Shown: positions 1 to 13,060, counted from the whole stretch's first letter. The stretch is 63,077 nucleotides of DNA, filler included, from Sphacelaria rigidula (GCA_964200075.2; 11 parts of 11 records of this genome joined end to end with filler, not necessarily neighbours in it); one strand, 5' to 3'. Numbers and translations are program-made. Notes: a model not told the origin generated them from the sequence alone.

Positions 1-722
1 AATAACCTTTGTGCAGCCTTCTTAGATGGTGTGTGTGTCGCCAGCAGTGGTTGTGCTTTTGGCGTCAAGTGCGGTCGCCGTTCGCAGATAAACCCAGGAG
101 AATTTGACTTGTTTTCGAACCAAAGATCAGGAGAAATCCAGTAGCAACCTACCTGCCTGCTGTGCTGCACAGACTGCACGCAACGGCATCGTCTGTACGC
201 TAGGTCATGTCTTCAGCTCGTGGTTTGGTGAGTGTATCTAAGCGCACGACTGACAGAAAGCAAGCGTACTAAATGTATACAAACTCTGCGTAGATTTTTT
301 GAGTGCCTGTTGTTTTCTTCGACAGCGATCGAGCTACAGTACTGCCGCTGACGACCGCAGCAGCAGCAAAGATGAAAAACCTGATCGATTTTTCAAATGC
401 AACGCAGCTGTCCGGTTGTCTACGCAGATACAACAGCAGGTCACGAAGCAGGTAGTTGTTCGTGGCGGTAGACCGACCGTGTGGTTGTGACCAAGAATGT
501 ATCTTGTCATCAAGTCACGCATCGGATAGCCCCTTCATTTATCTCCTGCTTGGTCATTTATTTTTACAGTCGGTATTTTCATTTATTCGTGTTCATGTAC
601 GTATGCTGCTGCTGCATTCCGGGAGAGATCACGAGGTGTTCGTCAGTCAGGTGACCACAGGTAATCATCGCTGCTGTTAAAAAAGAATGTTGCGGATGAT
701 GGTGATTCCCATAAGTACAGTA

Positions 723-1631
723 CTTCCTCTGTGCCATAAGTCAAGTGTTTCAAGGGTTGCAGATAGTGTTTCCCCAACGGAGATGCTCACGATGCTACAG
801 TTAAGCTTGTTGAAGGAAAAATCATGGTACTCATTGAAAAATGAAAACGATTGAAATGTATTATTACTGAGAAAGTTGGGGTCGAAATTTGGAGATGTTC
901 GGGGGGTCAATGTGGAGCGTACCGGGGTGTAGGCGCGGCAGACGGCAGGAGGGTAAGAAAGGGTGGCGAAATACGATTAGGAGGCCTTTACTAAGGCCTA
1001 ACAAGACTATCTGGCATCAAGCTTCAGTGAAACCGAGGACGGTCAACTTGTTATTTTCGTGCGTAACCACGAGCCCCCGACCCTCCCCTCCACCCCCACT
1101 CCACGCCTCCCCCACAAACACACGCAACACCAGAAAAGGGGANNNNNNNNNNCCTATACTCTCTTCTTGGAAAACGGCTCTCTTAAACCCAAGGCCTGTC
1201 ACATTATTCTTTTTTTGGGTACCCCCCCCCCCCCCCCCCCCCTCCCGGAACGAAGGTGGCATGAAATCGTTTCATACAAGAGAAAGTGAATGAGTACGCG
1301 CCCCCTTCGGAATGTATAGCGAATGCGTTGGTATCGCATATATTCTGTACACCAGTCCACATTTCGGTACATGTGAGCGATGAGCCGGGGTCACACAGGA
1401 GGAAGGTCAGCACAAGAGGTTTCTCCTTCAATTTTTTCATTACTTTACCTACCTTGTGCGGTGAAATAGAGACGAATTACCGCCATCATCGAGCGGCCTG
1501 ATTTTCTCTCTCGACCATTGGCTCATGCAGGGTATTGCGCGGACAGGAGGGAAGAGACTCATAACTCAAAATTCGGACGCGGTCAAGGGCCCGTGTATGC
1601 GTGTAATAATTAACCTATGGCACAGAGGAAG
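723..1631. mobile_element. Stowaway-like (Tc1/mariner) MITE with TA target duplication
   Basis: TA|CTTCCTCTGTGCCATA at 721-738 and TATGGCACAGAGGAAG|TA at 1616-1633; the left part matches the copy at 16883-17132; contains a short N gap and a SINE fragment. Confidence 0.75.
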
Positions 1632-2550
1632 TACGTAGTAACCGGTCGATCACGCCCTTGCCTTTCCGAGTGCCCCCCCATTCCACAGAGAGGTCACGAG
1701 AGTAATTTTTCACCACAGTTTTGAATGTCGCACACATGCAGGCAGCACGATATCCTACCGATCATTCGTGCCGAGTACTTCCTTGGCATGAGACCGGCGG
1801 GCGGCCAACTCGTCCGAGGCTACCTATTTTGTTGGTGCGGAAAAATCTCTCCGAAAAGCTGATCTTGGCGATCTGGTGCGAATTTTCCTCAGAATAAGGG
1901 GCTCAGCGGATGGCGCCACCTCAGAAAGACTTGTTTTGGGGGGCAATACTGGCATATGATTTTCTTTCCACTCTCGGTATGAAGGAAGTCAGTGTTGGGA
2001 CCTTCAATGCCGCACGGACTTTGATGCGCGTGTACCGACGTGATCGCCTGGAGACTTGAGCTCACTTCAGTAGTCAGCAGGTTTCGGTCTGACTTTCGTT
2101 CGGATAGGGGCAATGCATATATTCGAATGAGTCATTTCATGAGTGGCGCTGTTCTTCTGGGTGTATCTCTTGTGTGCCAACGTTGCACGGCAGCAGTTGT
2201 CTTGTTCAAGGTGTTGTCCTCGTCAGCGGGTTATGTTTCTCGTCTTGCTCAGGTTCCAAATGCTTCCTGTCTCTCTGCGTAGACAGAAAATCGTTGAATT
2301 ATGGATGGACAGCGCCGCATTTCATCTTGTGGAGGCAGGCTCTCGAGCCCACGGGCTCGTGCACAAGTATTTAGCCCGCGGACAACAGAGGGATTGTGTG
2401 CTAGTGAGATTGAGAGATCGTTGGTCGAAAGTGGGTTTCATCATTCGCTTTTTTAGCTTCACCATTGTTCCATTTGGTGTGTGCGTTTCTTTGCTTGTAG
2501 CACTGGGGTGTGCTTCCAGCTACACGTCGATATCCTACTCAGAGGTTTTG

Positions 2551-3643
2551 TATTAATCGTCTCACCTAGGGGGAGGTGCTCATCTGCTGAAATTTTGGGC
2601 TTATGTTTTCTCGTTGATTAAACCCCATGTCTAGTAATTTCTGTACCCAAGGGAGATAGCGTCAATACTAAAATCCATATGAAACCCCCGATCGATGCAT
2701 TCGGCGGATGGCGACGAATTGAGGTGTGGACATTCCCTGGGGCACGGGGAGACGATAGATACCCTCACGTTCCCCTGATTTGTAATCTATCTCGAGATAT
2801 GGCGCACATAAGTTTCTAAACTAAAATCGGTATATTACGGGCAGATGCGCTAGATTAGCTGAACCTGGATGTCGCGTCTCAGTTTTTGAGAGTTACACCA
2901 TAAAATTTCGTATGGAGAACCGCTAGTGCATATAAGAAAGCTTGTAAACACAGCCTTTTCAATTTTTTCGTTTTGATTCGGGTTTTTGGGACAGGTTTGA
3001 GGAGAAATGAACACTGCTTTTGGGCTTCATCTCAATTTTAGAGCTGTAGTTTGAAACTCAGCATGGAGGACCACAGATGTATGCAAAAATAAAAGAAAAA
3101 TGGGTCTTCATTTTCTTCTTGGAGAGGTCCAGGCGCTGTCGTAAAAAAATGGTCTTCCCCAGGCTTGAACGCCCTGAACCAATGAAGAAAATAAAAAACG
3201 ACCTCATCCACTTTGTTTTGTTGATTATGCCCCAGCCACGCCCGACACAAAAGCTTCAATACACAAACACCAAACGTGGGCCGGTAAATGACCTGCACAA
3301 TACTGTTCCGAATTTCTTCTGACCCTGTCACTAAACGGCCCATTACAAGGCCAATCCTTTGAGTTGGACCCTAAAATTTGGTATGGACAATGAAAAAGGC
3401 ATAATAGAAAAATTACTGGTGCACACAAGTATTCTTTTTGTTTTTCATGAGTTCAAGGGCAAAAATCAGTTTTCAGATATCGGTAAATGCCCCTAACTCA
3501 TGAAAAAAAAAATGTGTGTGCACCAGTAATTTTTGTCGTCATGCCCTACTTATTGGCCATACCAAATTTCAGGGTCCAACCCCAAATATTGGCCGTATCA
3601 TAGGCCTGCAAACTACAGAATCGCTTCTCGGCTGGCCCAGCCT
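2551..3643 (+). mobile_element. Family A non-autonomous TIR element, copy 1 (5'-truncated)
   Basis: Colinear with 3927-5005 and 7880-9015; ends GGCTGGCCCAGCCT; internal hairpin at 3337-3606. Confidence 0.85.
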
Positions 3644-5005
3644 AAAAACGGATTGAAGCTCTCGAATCAATACCTCAACGACACGGACCAGTTGGGCCGT
3701 GATCCGCATATCGTATTAGAGGTATCTCAAACTTGGCTCCCGGTATCTGGTTTATCTGCTGGCTCTGAGTTGTGTGCTGTTTTCTCGAGTTAACGTGATC
3801 GCGATCCATGAGAGGACCTGACCTGGCAGTCAAACGGTCTCATCATCCGATGAATCGGCATCACTTTCACTTGAAAAAATAGAACAAATCAAACCAGGAT
3901 ACCGGGAGCCGAGTTTGAGTCATCTCTATTAATCGTCTCATCAAGGGGAAGGTGCCCATCTGCTCAAATATCTGGGCCACTTTTTTTCTCGTCCAGCAAA
4001 CCCCATGTATCGTAATTTCTACACCTAGCGGAGATAGCGTCCACACTAAATTCTATATGAAAACCCGAACGATCGATCAAGCGGATTATGACGATTTTAG
4101 GTGTGGACCTTCCCTGGAGCGCGGGGAGACAATAAATACCCTCACTTTCACCTACTTCGTTATTCATCTCGAGATATGGCGCACATAATAGTCTTTACTA
4201 AAACCAGTATATTACGAGCAGAGGCACTAGATAAACTAAACCTGGATATCGCGTCTCAGTTTTTGAGAGTTGTGCTATGTAATTTAGCATGGAGAACCGC
4301 TAGTGCATATGGAAATAAAAAAACAGCTCTTTCGTTTTGTTTTTTCTTGATTTTTTTTCGTGTTTCCAGGTGGGTTTGGAGGAGAAATGAACATTGCTCT
4401 TGGGCCTTACCTCATTTCTTCAGCTCAACTTTTAGAATCGTGATTTGAAACTTGGCATGGAGAACGAACAGAGGAATGCTGAGTAAAAAAAATGGGCTTT
4501 CTTGTATTTTTTCATGAGAGGTTCGGGGGTTCTTATAAAACAATGATCGTTGCCATACTAAAACACCCTCACTCATGTCCCTTGGTTCATCACGACCTAG
4601 CAAGGTCCCGGACAAAGTTTCAACCCACAAACACCAAACGTGGGTCGATAAATGGCCTGCAAAATACAGTTCCAAAATTACGCCAGCCTGGTTTTTCAGA
4701 GGTAAATTCGCATTTTTTTCTTGGAGTTGGACAGTGAAATTTGGTATGGACGATCAATAGGGCATGAAAACAAGCTGTCTGTGAGGTCCGGACGATTTTT
4801 TTTTCGTGAATTATGGACAATAATGAGTTTTGAGGTTTGAGCAAAATGCCCTGAACTTGAGGGAAAAAAAAATCGTCGGAACCTCACAGACCGCATTTCT
4901 TCATGCACTGTTGATTGTCCGTACGAAATTTGACTTCCCAACTCCTAGAAAAAATTGCGAATTCACCTGCAAAGTACAAATCCGCTTGTAAGCTGGCCCC
5001 GCCTG
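3630..5005 (+). mobile_element. Family A element, copy 2 (head-to-tail with copy 1, interrupted by a MITE)
   Basis: Starts CCAGCCTAAAAACGGATT as at 7801; ends GCTGGCCCCGCCTG|TA; hairpin at 4700-4968. Confidence 0.85.
3719..3926. mobile_element. 208-bp MITE nested in family A copy 2
   Basis: Imperfect TIRs GAGGTATCTCAAACTTGGCTCCCGGTATC / GATACCGGGAGCCGAGTTTGAGTCATCTC; flanked by duplicated TATTA (3714-3718, 3927-3931); absent from copy 3 near 7875. Confidence 0.85.
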
Positions 5006-5241
5006 TACCAATCAAGAAGAGGGCAATGAAAATAGATCGGCACGAGCGGCCAAGGAGCAGCATCATGTAAATGTACAACAGCACCCCCGACAGCTAGAGC
5101 GGGCGGGCGCCCTCTGGAGTGGTGCAGGGGATCCCAGGACACCAGGACGATCACCTATATCACCGAAGACCAGCACTACAGCGATAACAACCCACGACGC
5201 ACGACACCTCACCGACACTTACATTGCAGCAACACGAATCT

Positions 5242-5600
5242 ATCCGGGGCTCTGGGCCAGACTGTTTTCCTTCCCCACGAGATATGGCGCAACGCGGCGC
5301 GGTGCTCCAGATTTCAATGACGGCTTGCCTCCATTTGCCACCTAGTTTACGTCCACGTTCCGGGAAGCTTCTGCTTGGCCGTCGGCGCCGTGATGACGGC
5401 AGCAGGCGCTGTGGTACACACACGCCACGTGAAGGAGCAGTGGGTGGTGTGTGTGTCACGTCGTGGCTGAGCCGTGGAGCCGATCCGGGGTTGTGGGCCA
5501 GACTGCCTTCCCTACGGGAAATGACGGAACGCGGCGCGGTGCTGCAGATTTTAGTGACGGTTTGCCACCAAGCTTACGTCAACGTCCCGGCCAAGATTTA
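5242..5600 (+). repeat. Diverged direct repeat, period ~240 bp
   Basis: ATCCGGGG..TGGGCCAGACTG..AACGCGGCGCGGTGCT.CAGATTT..TGACGG at ~5242 and ~5483. Confidence 0.7.
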
Positions 5601-5644
5601 AAATCTTGGCCGGAACGTTGACGTAAGCTTGGTGGCAAACCGTC

Positions 5645-5744
5645 NNNNNNNNNNNNNNNNNNNNNNNNNNNNNNNNNNNNNNNNNNNNTTAATTAATTAA
5701 NNNNNNNNNNNNNNNNNNNNNNNNNNNNNNNNNNNNNNNNNNNN
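5645..5744. other. Artificial contig linker (44 N + TTAATTAATTAA + 44 N); same linker at 11389, 17133, 22877, 28620, 34363, 40106, 45849, 51592, 57335
   Basis: Identical 100-nt spacer with stops in all six frames, recurring every ~5,743 bp; contig lengths fall from 5644 to 5643, as in a length-sorted assembly. Confidence 0.98.
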
Positions 5745-6382
5745 AGGTGTGAGCACAGCAGCAGCAACAGTAACAGCAATAACAGCGACGACTATTCGCA
5801 CGATAGAGACAAATCAGGATAACGAACAAAGAGTGATGTCGCGATAGCCCTCCGCTCCCCCCCCCCCCGCCACGTGCTCCGTCTCGAAAGGGATGCGTGG
5901 TCAATGGTCGAACGACTAAGGCAAGCAACAAACGAGTAGCAGCTGGGAACTCCCACACTTGAGGTCATTCTCGCCACTGTCGCCCATATGAAGTGCTTCA
6001 TGAAGCCTGAAGCCAGCTATTATGCGCCGTACGGCCATTTACTTCGCGACCATTTGGGGGCAGGTTTGAGAGGGGGGGGGGGCTATCGCGGCATCACTCA
6101 TAAGTGTACTGATTCGGATCATGACCTCGCTCATTTGGCCTCCCTTTCCAATAATTGCTTCCTACCGCGCTGGACGCCGAGCACCCGGAGTAGCACAAGG
6201 TATGACGTTTTGGCTTCTGTGACCCCGCTGTCACGTATTTCGCGTCCTTGGACAACTGATCTGAGGGTCCTCTTCGATCAACTGTTTTGGGTAGCTCATG
6301 AGCTGTTCGACGCGCGCACTTTCGTCCATTGCCCAACATAATAATCTCGCGTGCTTTGGGTCTGAAGATTAAGAGTACGTAC

Positions 6383-6525
6383 TTGGTGGAGAAGCTCGGG
6401 TCCTCCCTCGCGCGCTTGGCCATCTCATTTTCCCCCGACACGTCGTAGAAACCCGCAGGAGCGTTCCTCTGGAAGGGGATTTCTTTGCCGTAGTCGATGT
6501 ACTTGCGGCGCTTTCGGTTCGCCGT
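6383..6525 (-). CDS. CDC5L: CDC5/CEF1 exon (Myb_Cef region)
   Basis: TTCAAG acceptor, GTACGT donor, phase-compatible with the 7281 exon; TANRKRRKYIDYGKEIPFQRNAPAGFYDV matches the CDC5 motif DYNxEIPFEKxPxxGFYD. Confidence 0.9.
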
Positions 6526-7238
6526 CTTGAAACACACACGTACAACCGCGACGAACACAGTACAGGAAATATGATAAATAACAATTAGGTCAGTGTTTCG
6601 ACTGCCCGGCATGGAATACGACCAAGCTGGGTCACTCACCTTCATCTTGACATTGATTTGATTCATTTGAGTGAGTGAGTGATTGATTGTCGCACATTAC
6701 TTGACCCCCAACGGACGCAGTCGTGCTCATCACCCAGATCATGAACGTATCCAAGGTGGACAAAACGAAGACTCTCGCTGAAAGAAAAAAAGAGGGAGCA
6801 AAAAAACATGAACACATAAAGAAACAAACGAAAGGAGTGAGCTGAAAAAAAAAAACGAAAACGGAGATGGAAACATGGAGCAAAAACAGAACGTAAGTGG
6901 CCAACCCTGGCTGTCAAAACTAAAAAGTCCTCAGCAGAGGCAATATCGACTGATCATTTCAAGGCTGCCTTTTGGGACAATCTATTTGATTATCGATTAA
7001 TTGATTTTGATTTGTCGATTTGGTCATTACCGTCGCACGTGGACTGACCCTGTGCAACACAAACAAAATTGCAAGGGCAGGTCGGGCAGGGCATATATAC
7101 CCGATTTTGTGGTATTTTGAAAAGTGGAAATCCGCTCCATGCCCACAGCAGCAGCCAGCCACCCAGTACCGCTGTTCCCCTCTCTGGAGTCTGTATATGT
7201 CATTGTGAATGAGTCAGGCAGGTGATGTGCGACTTTTA

Positions 7239-7406
<168 letters not shown>

Positions 7407-7791
7407 CTGCGGGGGCGGGGGGGGGGAGGGTGTATTCATAATCACACATGCCATCGTCAGAACGCCATTGACGTCGGGGGGAGGGGAACAAGCAAATGCA
7501 CTTCCTTACATGGAGGAGGTGGACAGCAGCAATAGCAGCAGCGCGAAGATTGCTACATCTATGCAAGGGTAGTGCCCAAGAGTAACACATACTCTGGGTA
7601 TCGCATGTTTTCCTTCAACGCAACGAGTATGCTTCATATTCACGATCCTACATATACTTATATATATATATCCATGTATATAGATGATATTCCTTTCTAG
7701 CTCTCTCTCCTCCTTTCCTTTCCTTTTCTTCTTCTCCCTGAGATTTTTTTTCTTCAGTTCAATCTGTTTCTTTACTTTCTACGAATGTATA

Positions 7792-9015
7792 CCAGCTGGG
7801 CCAGCCTAAAAACGGATTTAAGCTCTAAAAGCAATACCTCATCCACTCAGACGAGTTGGACCGTGATCCACATATCGTTTTCATCGTCTAACCAAGGGGA
7901 AGGTGCCCATCTGCTTGAAAGCTTGGGCCCATATTTCCTGGTTGATTAAACCCCATGTCTAGCAATTCCTATACCTAACGGAGATGGCGTATATACTAGA
8001 ATCTCTATGGAACCCCCGATCGATGCATGCAGCGGATGACGACGAATTTTGGTGTGGACATTCTCTGGAGCAAGGAGAGACGATAGATACCCTCACCTTC
8101 ACCTAATTCCTCATCTATCCCGAGATATGGCGCACATAATTTTCAATACTAAAATCAATATATTACGAGCAGAGGCACTAGATGCCCTAAATCCGGATAT
8201 CGCGTCTAAGTTTTTCAGAGTTGTTCCATAAAATTTCGTGTGGTGAACCGCTAGTGCACAATAAAAAGAAATGAAACAACTTGTTACCTTTTTTCATTCT
8301 TCGTCCCATTTTTTTTCATTCTTCCCATTTTTTTCATTTTCTTTCGAGTTTTGAGGAGAAATGAACGTTGCTCTTAGGCCTTATCTCAATGTTTTAGCTC
8401 AACTTTTGGAATTGTGATTTGAAAGTTAGCATGGAGAACCACAAAAGTGTGCCGAAAAAAAAACAAAAAATGGGCCTTCATTTTTTTTCTTCATAGAGGT
8501 TAGGGCGTTCTCGTGAAGAAATGGTCCTTACCATACTAGAACGCCCTAAACCAGTGAGAAAAATAATTGAAAAAAAACTGATCCACTGAGTGTTATTAAT
8601 TATGCCTTAGAGAGCGCCCACACAAAATTTCAATACACGAAAAACAAACGTGGGCCGGTGAGTGGCCTTCGAAATACTGTTCCGAATTTCTACCGACCCG
8701 TTTTTTTAAAGGCCCATGCTCCCGCCAATAGTTAGAGTTGGACGATGAAATTTGGTGTGGACAATGCATAGGGCATGAAACAAAAATACGTCGGCACCAA
8801 CTCTTATTTTTTTTTCCATGAGTCAAGGGCAATAATCAGTTTTCAGGTATAAGCAAAATGCCTTCAACTCATGAAAAAAAAACCTTTTGGTGCCGACGTA
8901 ATTTTTTTTTCATGCCTTATTCATTGTCCACACCAAATGTCAGGGTCCAACTCTAAATATTGGCGGGAGCATGGGCCTGCAAACTTCAAATCCGCCTCTA
9001 GGCTGGCCCAGCTCG
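7792..9015 (+). mobile_element. Family A element, copy 3 (complete, ~1.22 kb, non-coding)
   Basis: Perfect inverted termini AGCTGGGCCAGCCTA (7794-7808) / TAGGCTGGCCCAGCT (8999-9013), TA on both flanks; hairpin at 8710-8978. Confidence 0.88.
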
Positions 9016-9019
9016 TAGA

Positions 9020-9183
9020 TGTACTCGTTTTTGTTTTTATCTAACGAGTCTTTCCGTTTTGTTTCCGTTGGGTTCGTCCATCATGTGGATAATGACCACG
9101 GCTGGGTCCATCGTGGATCCGTTAAAGTAGTGCGGCAATCAACCAATCAATCAGTCAAATCAAATCAAATCAAATCAAATCAA
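9020..9183 (+). mobile_element. Non-LTR retroposon 3' end with (AATC/AAATC)n tail
   Basis: GACCACGGCTGG...GTTAAAGT...AATCAA tail; related ends at ~6655-6760(-), 21250-21310(-), 29510-29572(+), 30390-30460(-), 43060-43120(-). Confidence 0.65.
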
Positions 9184-9554
9184 CGTATCCCCTAGCTGAT
9201 ATCTCACTTCATTTGGTGCTGTGTTCGCGACAGCACTTTTCTTCTGTTTCTGTCGTAATTTGACCCCCCCCGCGCGCTCCCCCACCCCCCCCTCCCACAC
9301 ACACACCACCTTGCAACATTTGATGTATCAAGCTCATTTCGTATGGATCCCTGCAAAAAGTCCAGGATTGGACGAATTCATGGTTCGTCTGGTAAGTACT
9401 TGATTTTAGTGTAATTGATTCGTACCGCATGAATCGATCCTTAGACTTTGTTTTCAGCGTTGCAACCCAGGTACGCGCAGCCCAGGCACGTGGAATGGCG
9501 CAAATGTCGCGTGGAGACCTTTTTGACCAGCGGTCATTTTCTTTGTTTTCACCA

Positions 9555-10670
9555 CAGGCTGGGCCGCCTAAGAGCGGACTTTCCTTCAGCCGGGTCTAAC
9601 TGACGATCTATCGCGAGTTGTGCCTACCATGACACATCGTGGTAATCTGCAAATCACAGCGCGTGTTTCACTTCACGTAGCACTGCGATCTGACAAGTTC
9701 CCATCAAACAAAATACCAAACTGTAGTCAGCTGCGAAGTTTAGAGGGTTGAGGGTGGCATGTGCGGGGGAACCGGGGAAAAAAACGCTATAATCGCATTT
9801 ACGATTACAGTCGGTTGTGCCGCGGCCGCAAAGTGATGGTGCTGCACTAGCTATGGTTGCACAACTTTTCATGTCGTACTGTACGCGCGCAGGGTCTGAG
9901 GTGGCACGCAGACGAGACCTCCAGCGCCCCAAGGCGTCGGGCTTGTAGAACACGTCAAAGTTCTGGCTGACGTTGTACTCTAAAGTGAAGCGGTTCTAAA
10001 AAAAACGCGATTTCACTGCTCAATTTGAAGTCATTTTCCATGAAATTTTGACACGATATACATGTATATGTGAAGCTCCTACCGTTTCTCCCTCTTTGAT
10101 TTTATTTTCTCCTCGTGAGTTATTGTTGCTCTAAATTTCAGAACAGTTTTTTCTGGTACAAAAGCATCGACATCTCGTTGAAAAGAAACAAAAAATGTCA
10201 AGGGGGGACAATTGGGATCTCACAACATACCTCATGCGCATCGTGTCGAAATTTCATGAAAAAATACTTGAAATTGAACAGCATAATCGCGTTTCATTTG
10301 TTTGTGGCCGGTCCATCTCCACGTAGGAACCAGTCTTGAACACGAACACGCGATTTAGCAGTTCAATTTCAGATTGTTTTATGTGCAATTTTGACACGAT
10401 ATACAGGATGTATGTGCGGAGACGCCCCAATCTGCCCCGTATATTGTTTTTCTCCGTGAGTTATCGGCGACCAAACATTTCAGAACAGTTTTTTTCGGCA
10501 CAAAATTGTAAATAACTCCAAGAAAAACAGAAAAAATGAAGGAGGCCGAAAATGGAGTCCTTGTACATACGTCCTGAACATTGTGTGAGAAGTTCACAGA
10601 AAACGACCCAGAATTGAGCCGCTAAATCGCGTTTTCACATCTCTGTCCGCGTCTTGGGCGGCCCAGCCTG
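9555..10670 (+). mobile_element. Family B non-autonomous TIR element with two tandem internal hairpins
   Basis: TIRs CAGGCTGGGCCGCCTAAGAGCGGAC / GTCCGCGTCTTGGGCGGCCCAGCCTG|TA; hairpins at ~10004-10293 and ~10347-10633; homologous reverse copy at ~38720-39760. Confidence 0.8.
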
Positions 10671-12539
10671 TAAGGCCAAGGCAATGTTTAGTTGTTGTCA
10701 ACTGCTTTGCTCTCATGTTCTCGTAACATTGGCGGCATAACCGGTGTGTTCGTGCCCCCAAATCAACGCCAGAACGCGACAAAGAGAAACACGAGGAGAA
10801 AATACCTCGCCAGAAGCAATCCTGTTTGAAGATTTCCATGATCTTCAGGCTTTTTTTGTGGTTCGGGTTCTTGTTTCAAGTTTTCCATAATCTTGAAGAG
10901 GCTCTTGTGGTTCGGGATCGACACCCCGCGAAAAAAGGATAGTTTGAGCGACTTTCTGTGGCCAGCACGCGCGCCACAGGTATCAGATGACACCCGAACC
11001 TGAACGAGGATGTACGGCTGAGCCATTCTCAGTGCGCTGCAACAGGAAGCGCGGGGGGAAAATGCCTTGTCGCCAGAGAACACTCGGCAAAAGTGGTGAA
11101 AAATGTGAAATGATGGACGTACATCTACATCTATATATATACATACACACACACAAACGGAAACAGCGAAACTCGCTAAAAGGAGAGTCAGACATGAAAG
11201 AGTAAGATGAAGAAGAAAATCGAAAACGAATTCGGAACGAAAACTTGCGTCGAAGTCACAGTTATGTTCGTGCGAGAAGTCCCCCCTCCAATCCCCCTGA
11301 CTACGGCAAGCAACAAATGAGAACCCGGCGCGCTCCATCCCGGCTTTGTAGGGGCGGACCCCCGATGGGGTTGGCGTCGCTTGGCGATNNNNNNNNNNNN
11401 NNNNNNNNNNNNNNNNNNNNNNNNNNNNNNNNTTAATTAATTAANNNNNNNNNNNNNNNNNNNNNNNNNNNNNNNNNNNNNNNNNNNNGGAACGATGGTG
11501 ACGGGGGGGGCGGGGGAGGGGGGGCAGGGGGGGGGGGGGGGGGGGGAGGATTGCTGAAACATCCTCTCCGCCAGCCAGTAAAAAAAGGTAACTCTACAAA
11601 GCTCTTCTTGTCAAAAACCATGCGAAGAGGCTTATGATGGGGGGGGGGGGGGATTACCGTTAGTTACCATCACGTAAAAGGGGGAAAATCCCACAAAATT
11701 CCCTCGAGGGGGTCAACATTTCACGAAATTGCCTACTTTGGACCTTCAGCTGCAATTTTGGCATGAAAAGACACCCAGGCGGGTTTATTCTACCTTGGGA
11801 TGACCTGATTGTGCGAGGACTCCGGGATCCTTTGGTAATTGTTGTGTGCGCAGTTTGAGCTTCGGCCGGAGGAGAAAATTTGCGCAAATCTTGGACATTC
11901 TTGAAAGTCACCGGTGTTTTAGTCGCTCTCTCGTCAAGAGTAAGGTTTGCGCATTTGTTTTGTTTTGGCCATAACTCAAGCTGCATGCACCGCAAATCGC
12001 AAAACCATACCCAAATCCTTTTTCGCCGGGGTTCAAGTCGTTCCGAGTTATCATGACCCACCTGGCCGTTTTCTAGCGCAGAAAATGGTGCCGAAGGTTC
12101 ACCACAGGCACTTCACATGAAAAAAAAATCGTTCCCATAAGAAACGGTCGTATATTTGAAAAGGACTCTAAAGAGTCGATTCGTAACTCTCCTCAAATGT
12201 TCAGATCCCAGCTCCCAAGCCTCGAGCGAAAAATGCGAGATATGCAGATTCGCAATAACGTATGGAAATCCCATTTATTATTGAGAATACTTTTCTCAAT
12301 AATTGATGCGGTTCGTAACTTTCGAACGGCGACGAACTAGCAGTTAAACTAGACACTGTTGTTCTCGTCCTGATGTCAGCTATATCCTCACTGTTTCAGC
12401 ACGATCAGGAAATTTTTCGGATATGTTTATTTTTGTGCCAAACCGCTACAAATAGGTACCGTCCACACAAACAAACACACACAAACACAAACACACAAAC
12501 ACACACACACACACACACGAACTTTTACGCTGCTGTCAG

Positions 12540-12695
12540 GGTAACCACCGCTGCTGAGGCGGCCACGGTGAGTAAAGATCTATCGGAGAACATTTCGCGA
12601 GAGGCGTGCTTCTCCATTTCTGTCTGCCCGTATGCCTACCGCCTGGCGCCACCGTCATCCCGTGCTGAGGACAGCCAAATAGAGGAAAATGAAAG
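12540..12695 (+). CDS. IMPACT/UPF0029-like gene, first visible exon
   Basis: CAG acceptor after a (CA)n tract, GTGAAT donor; VTTAAEAATVSKDL...PYAYRL resembles IMPACT/YigZ VxSxEEA...AYR. Confidence 0.7.
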
Positions 12696-13060
12696 GTGAA
12701 TTTCGCTCCACACAGGAGGCGGTGGAAGGTGAATCATGGAAAAAGGGGGGTGGGAGCTTCGCCCTAAGTTAACATGTATCGTACCTGCTGTGTCACAGGA
12801 AACTCGCGTATATCCCTCATTTTAGGCCTATACATGATTCGATGTGAGCGGAGGACAGGTAGAGAGCCTCCACAGCCCAACATTCGTGACAAGACAGAGC
12901 AGGAGTGACATGTGGTGGCCCAGTACGACTTGCAGAAACTCCTGAATGCACATTTTTTCACGCACGTCATAGTGCCCCACGATGTTTCCCCCGCCCCGAA
13001 AATTGTCTATAATTTGTAATCGGAAAGTGTTTTTTCGTTCTTATCGTTCATCGAAGATAG

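Noticed and set aside
1889..2113. BED zinc finger or hAT transposase relic (IICQYCPPK)
   Set aside because: A single CxxC without supporting motifs
5556..5644. 44-bp-arm palindrome as a hairpin telomere
   Set aside because: Ends exactly at a contig end; cannot be told apart from a fold-back artefact or the centre of a MITE
5645..5744. Regularly spaced TTAATTAATTAA motif every ~5.74 kb as a biological array
   Set aside because: Embedded in N runs, fixed 100-nt length, stops in six frames: an assembly linker. No synteny can be inferred across it.
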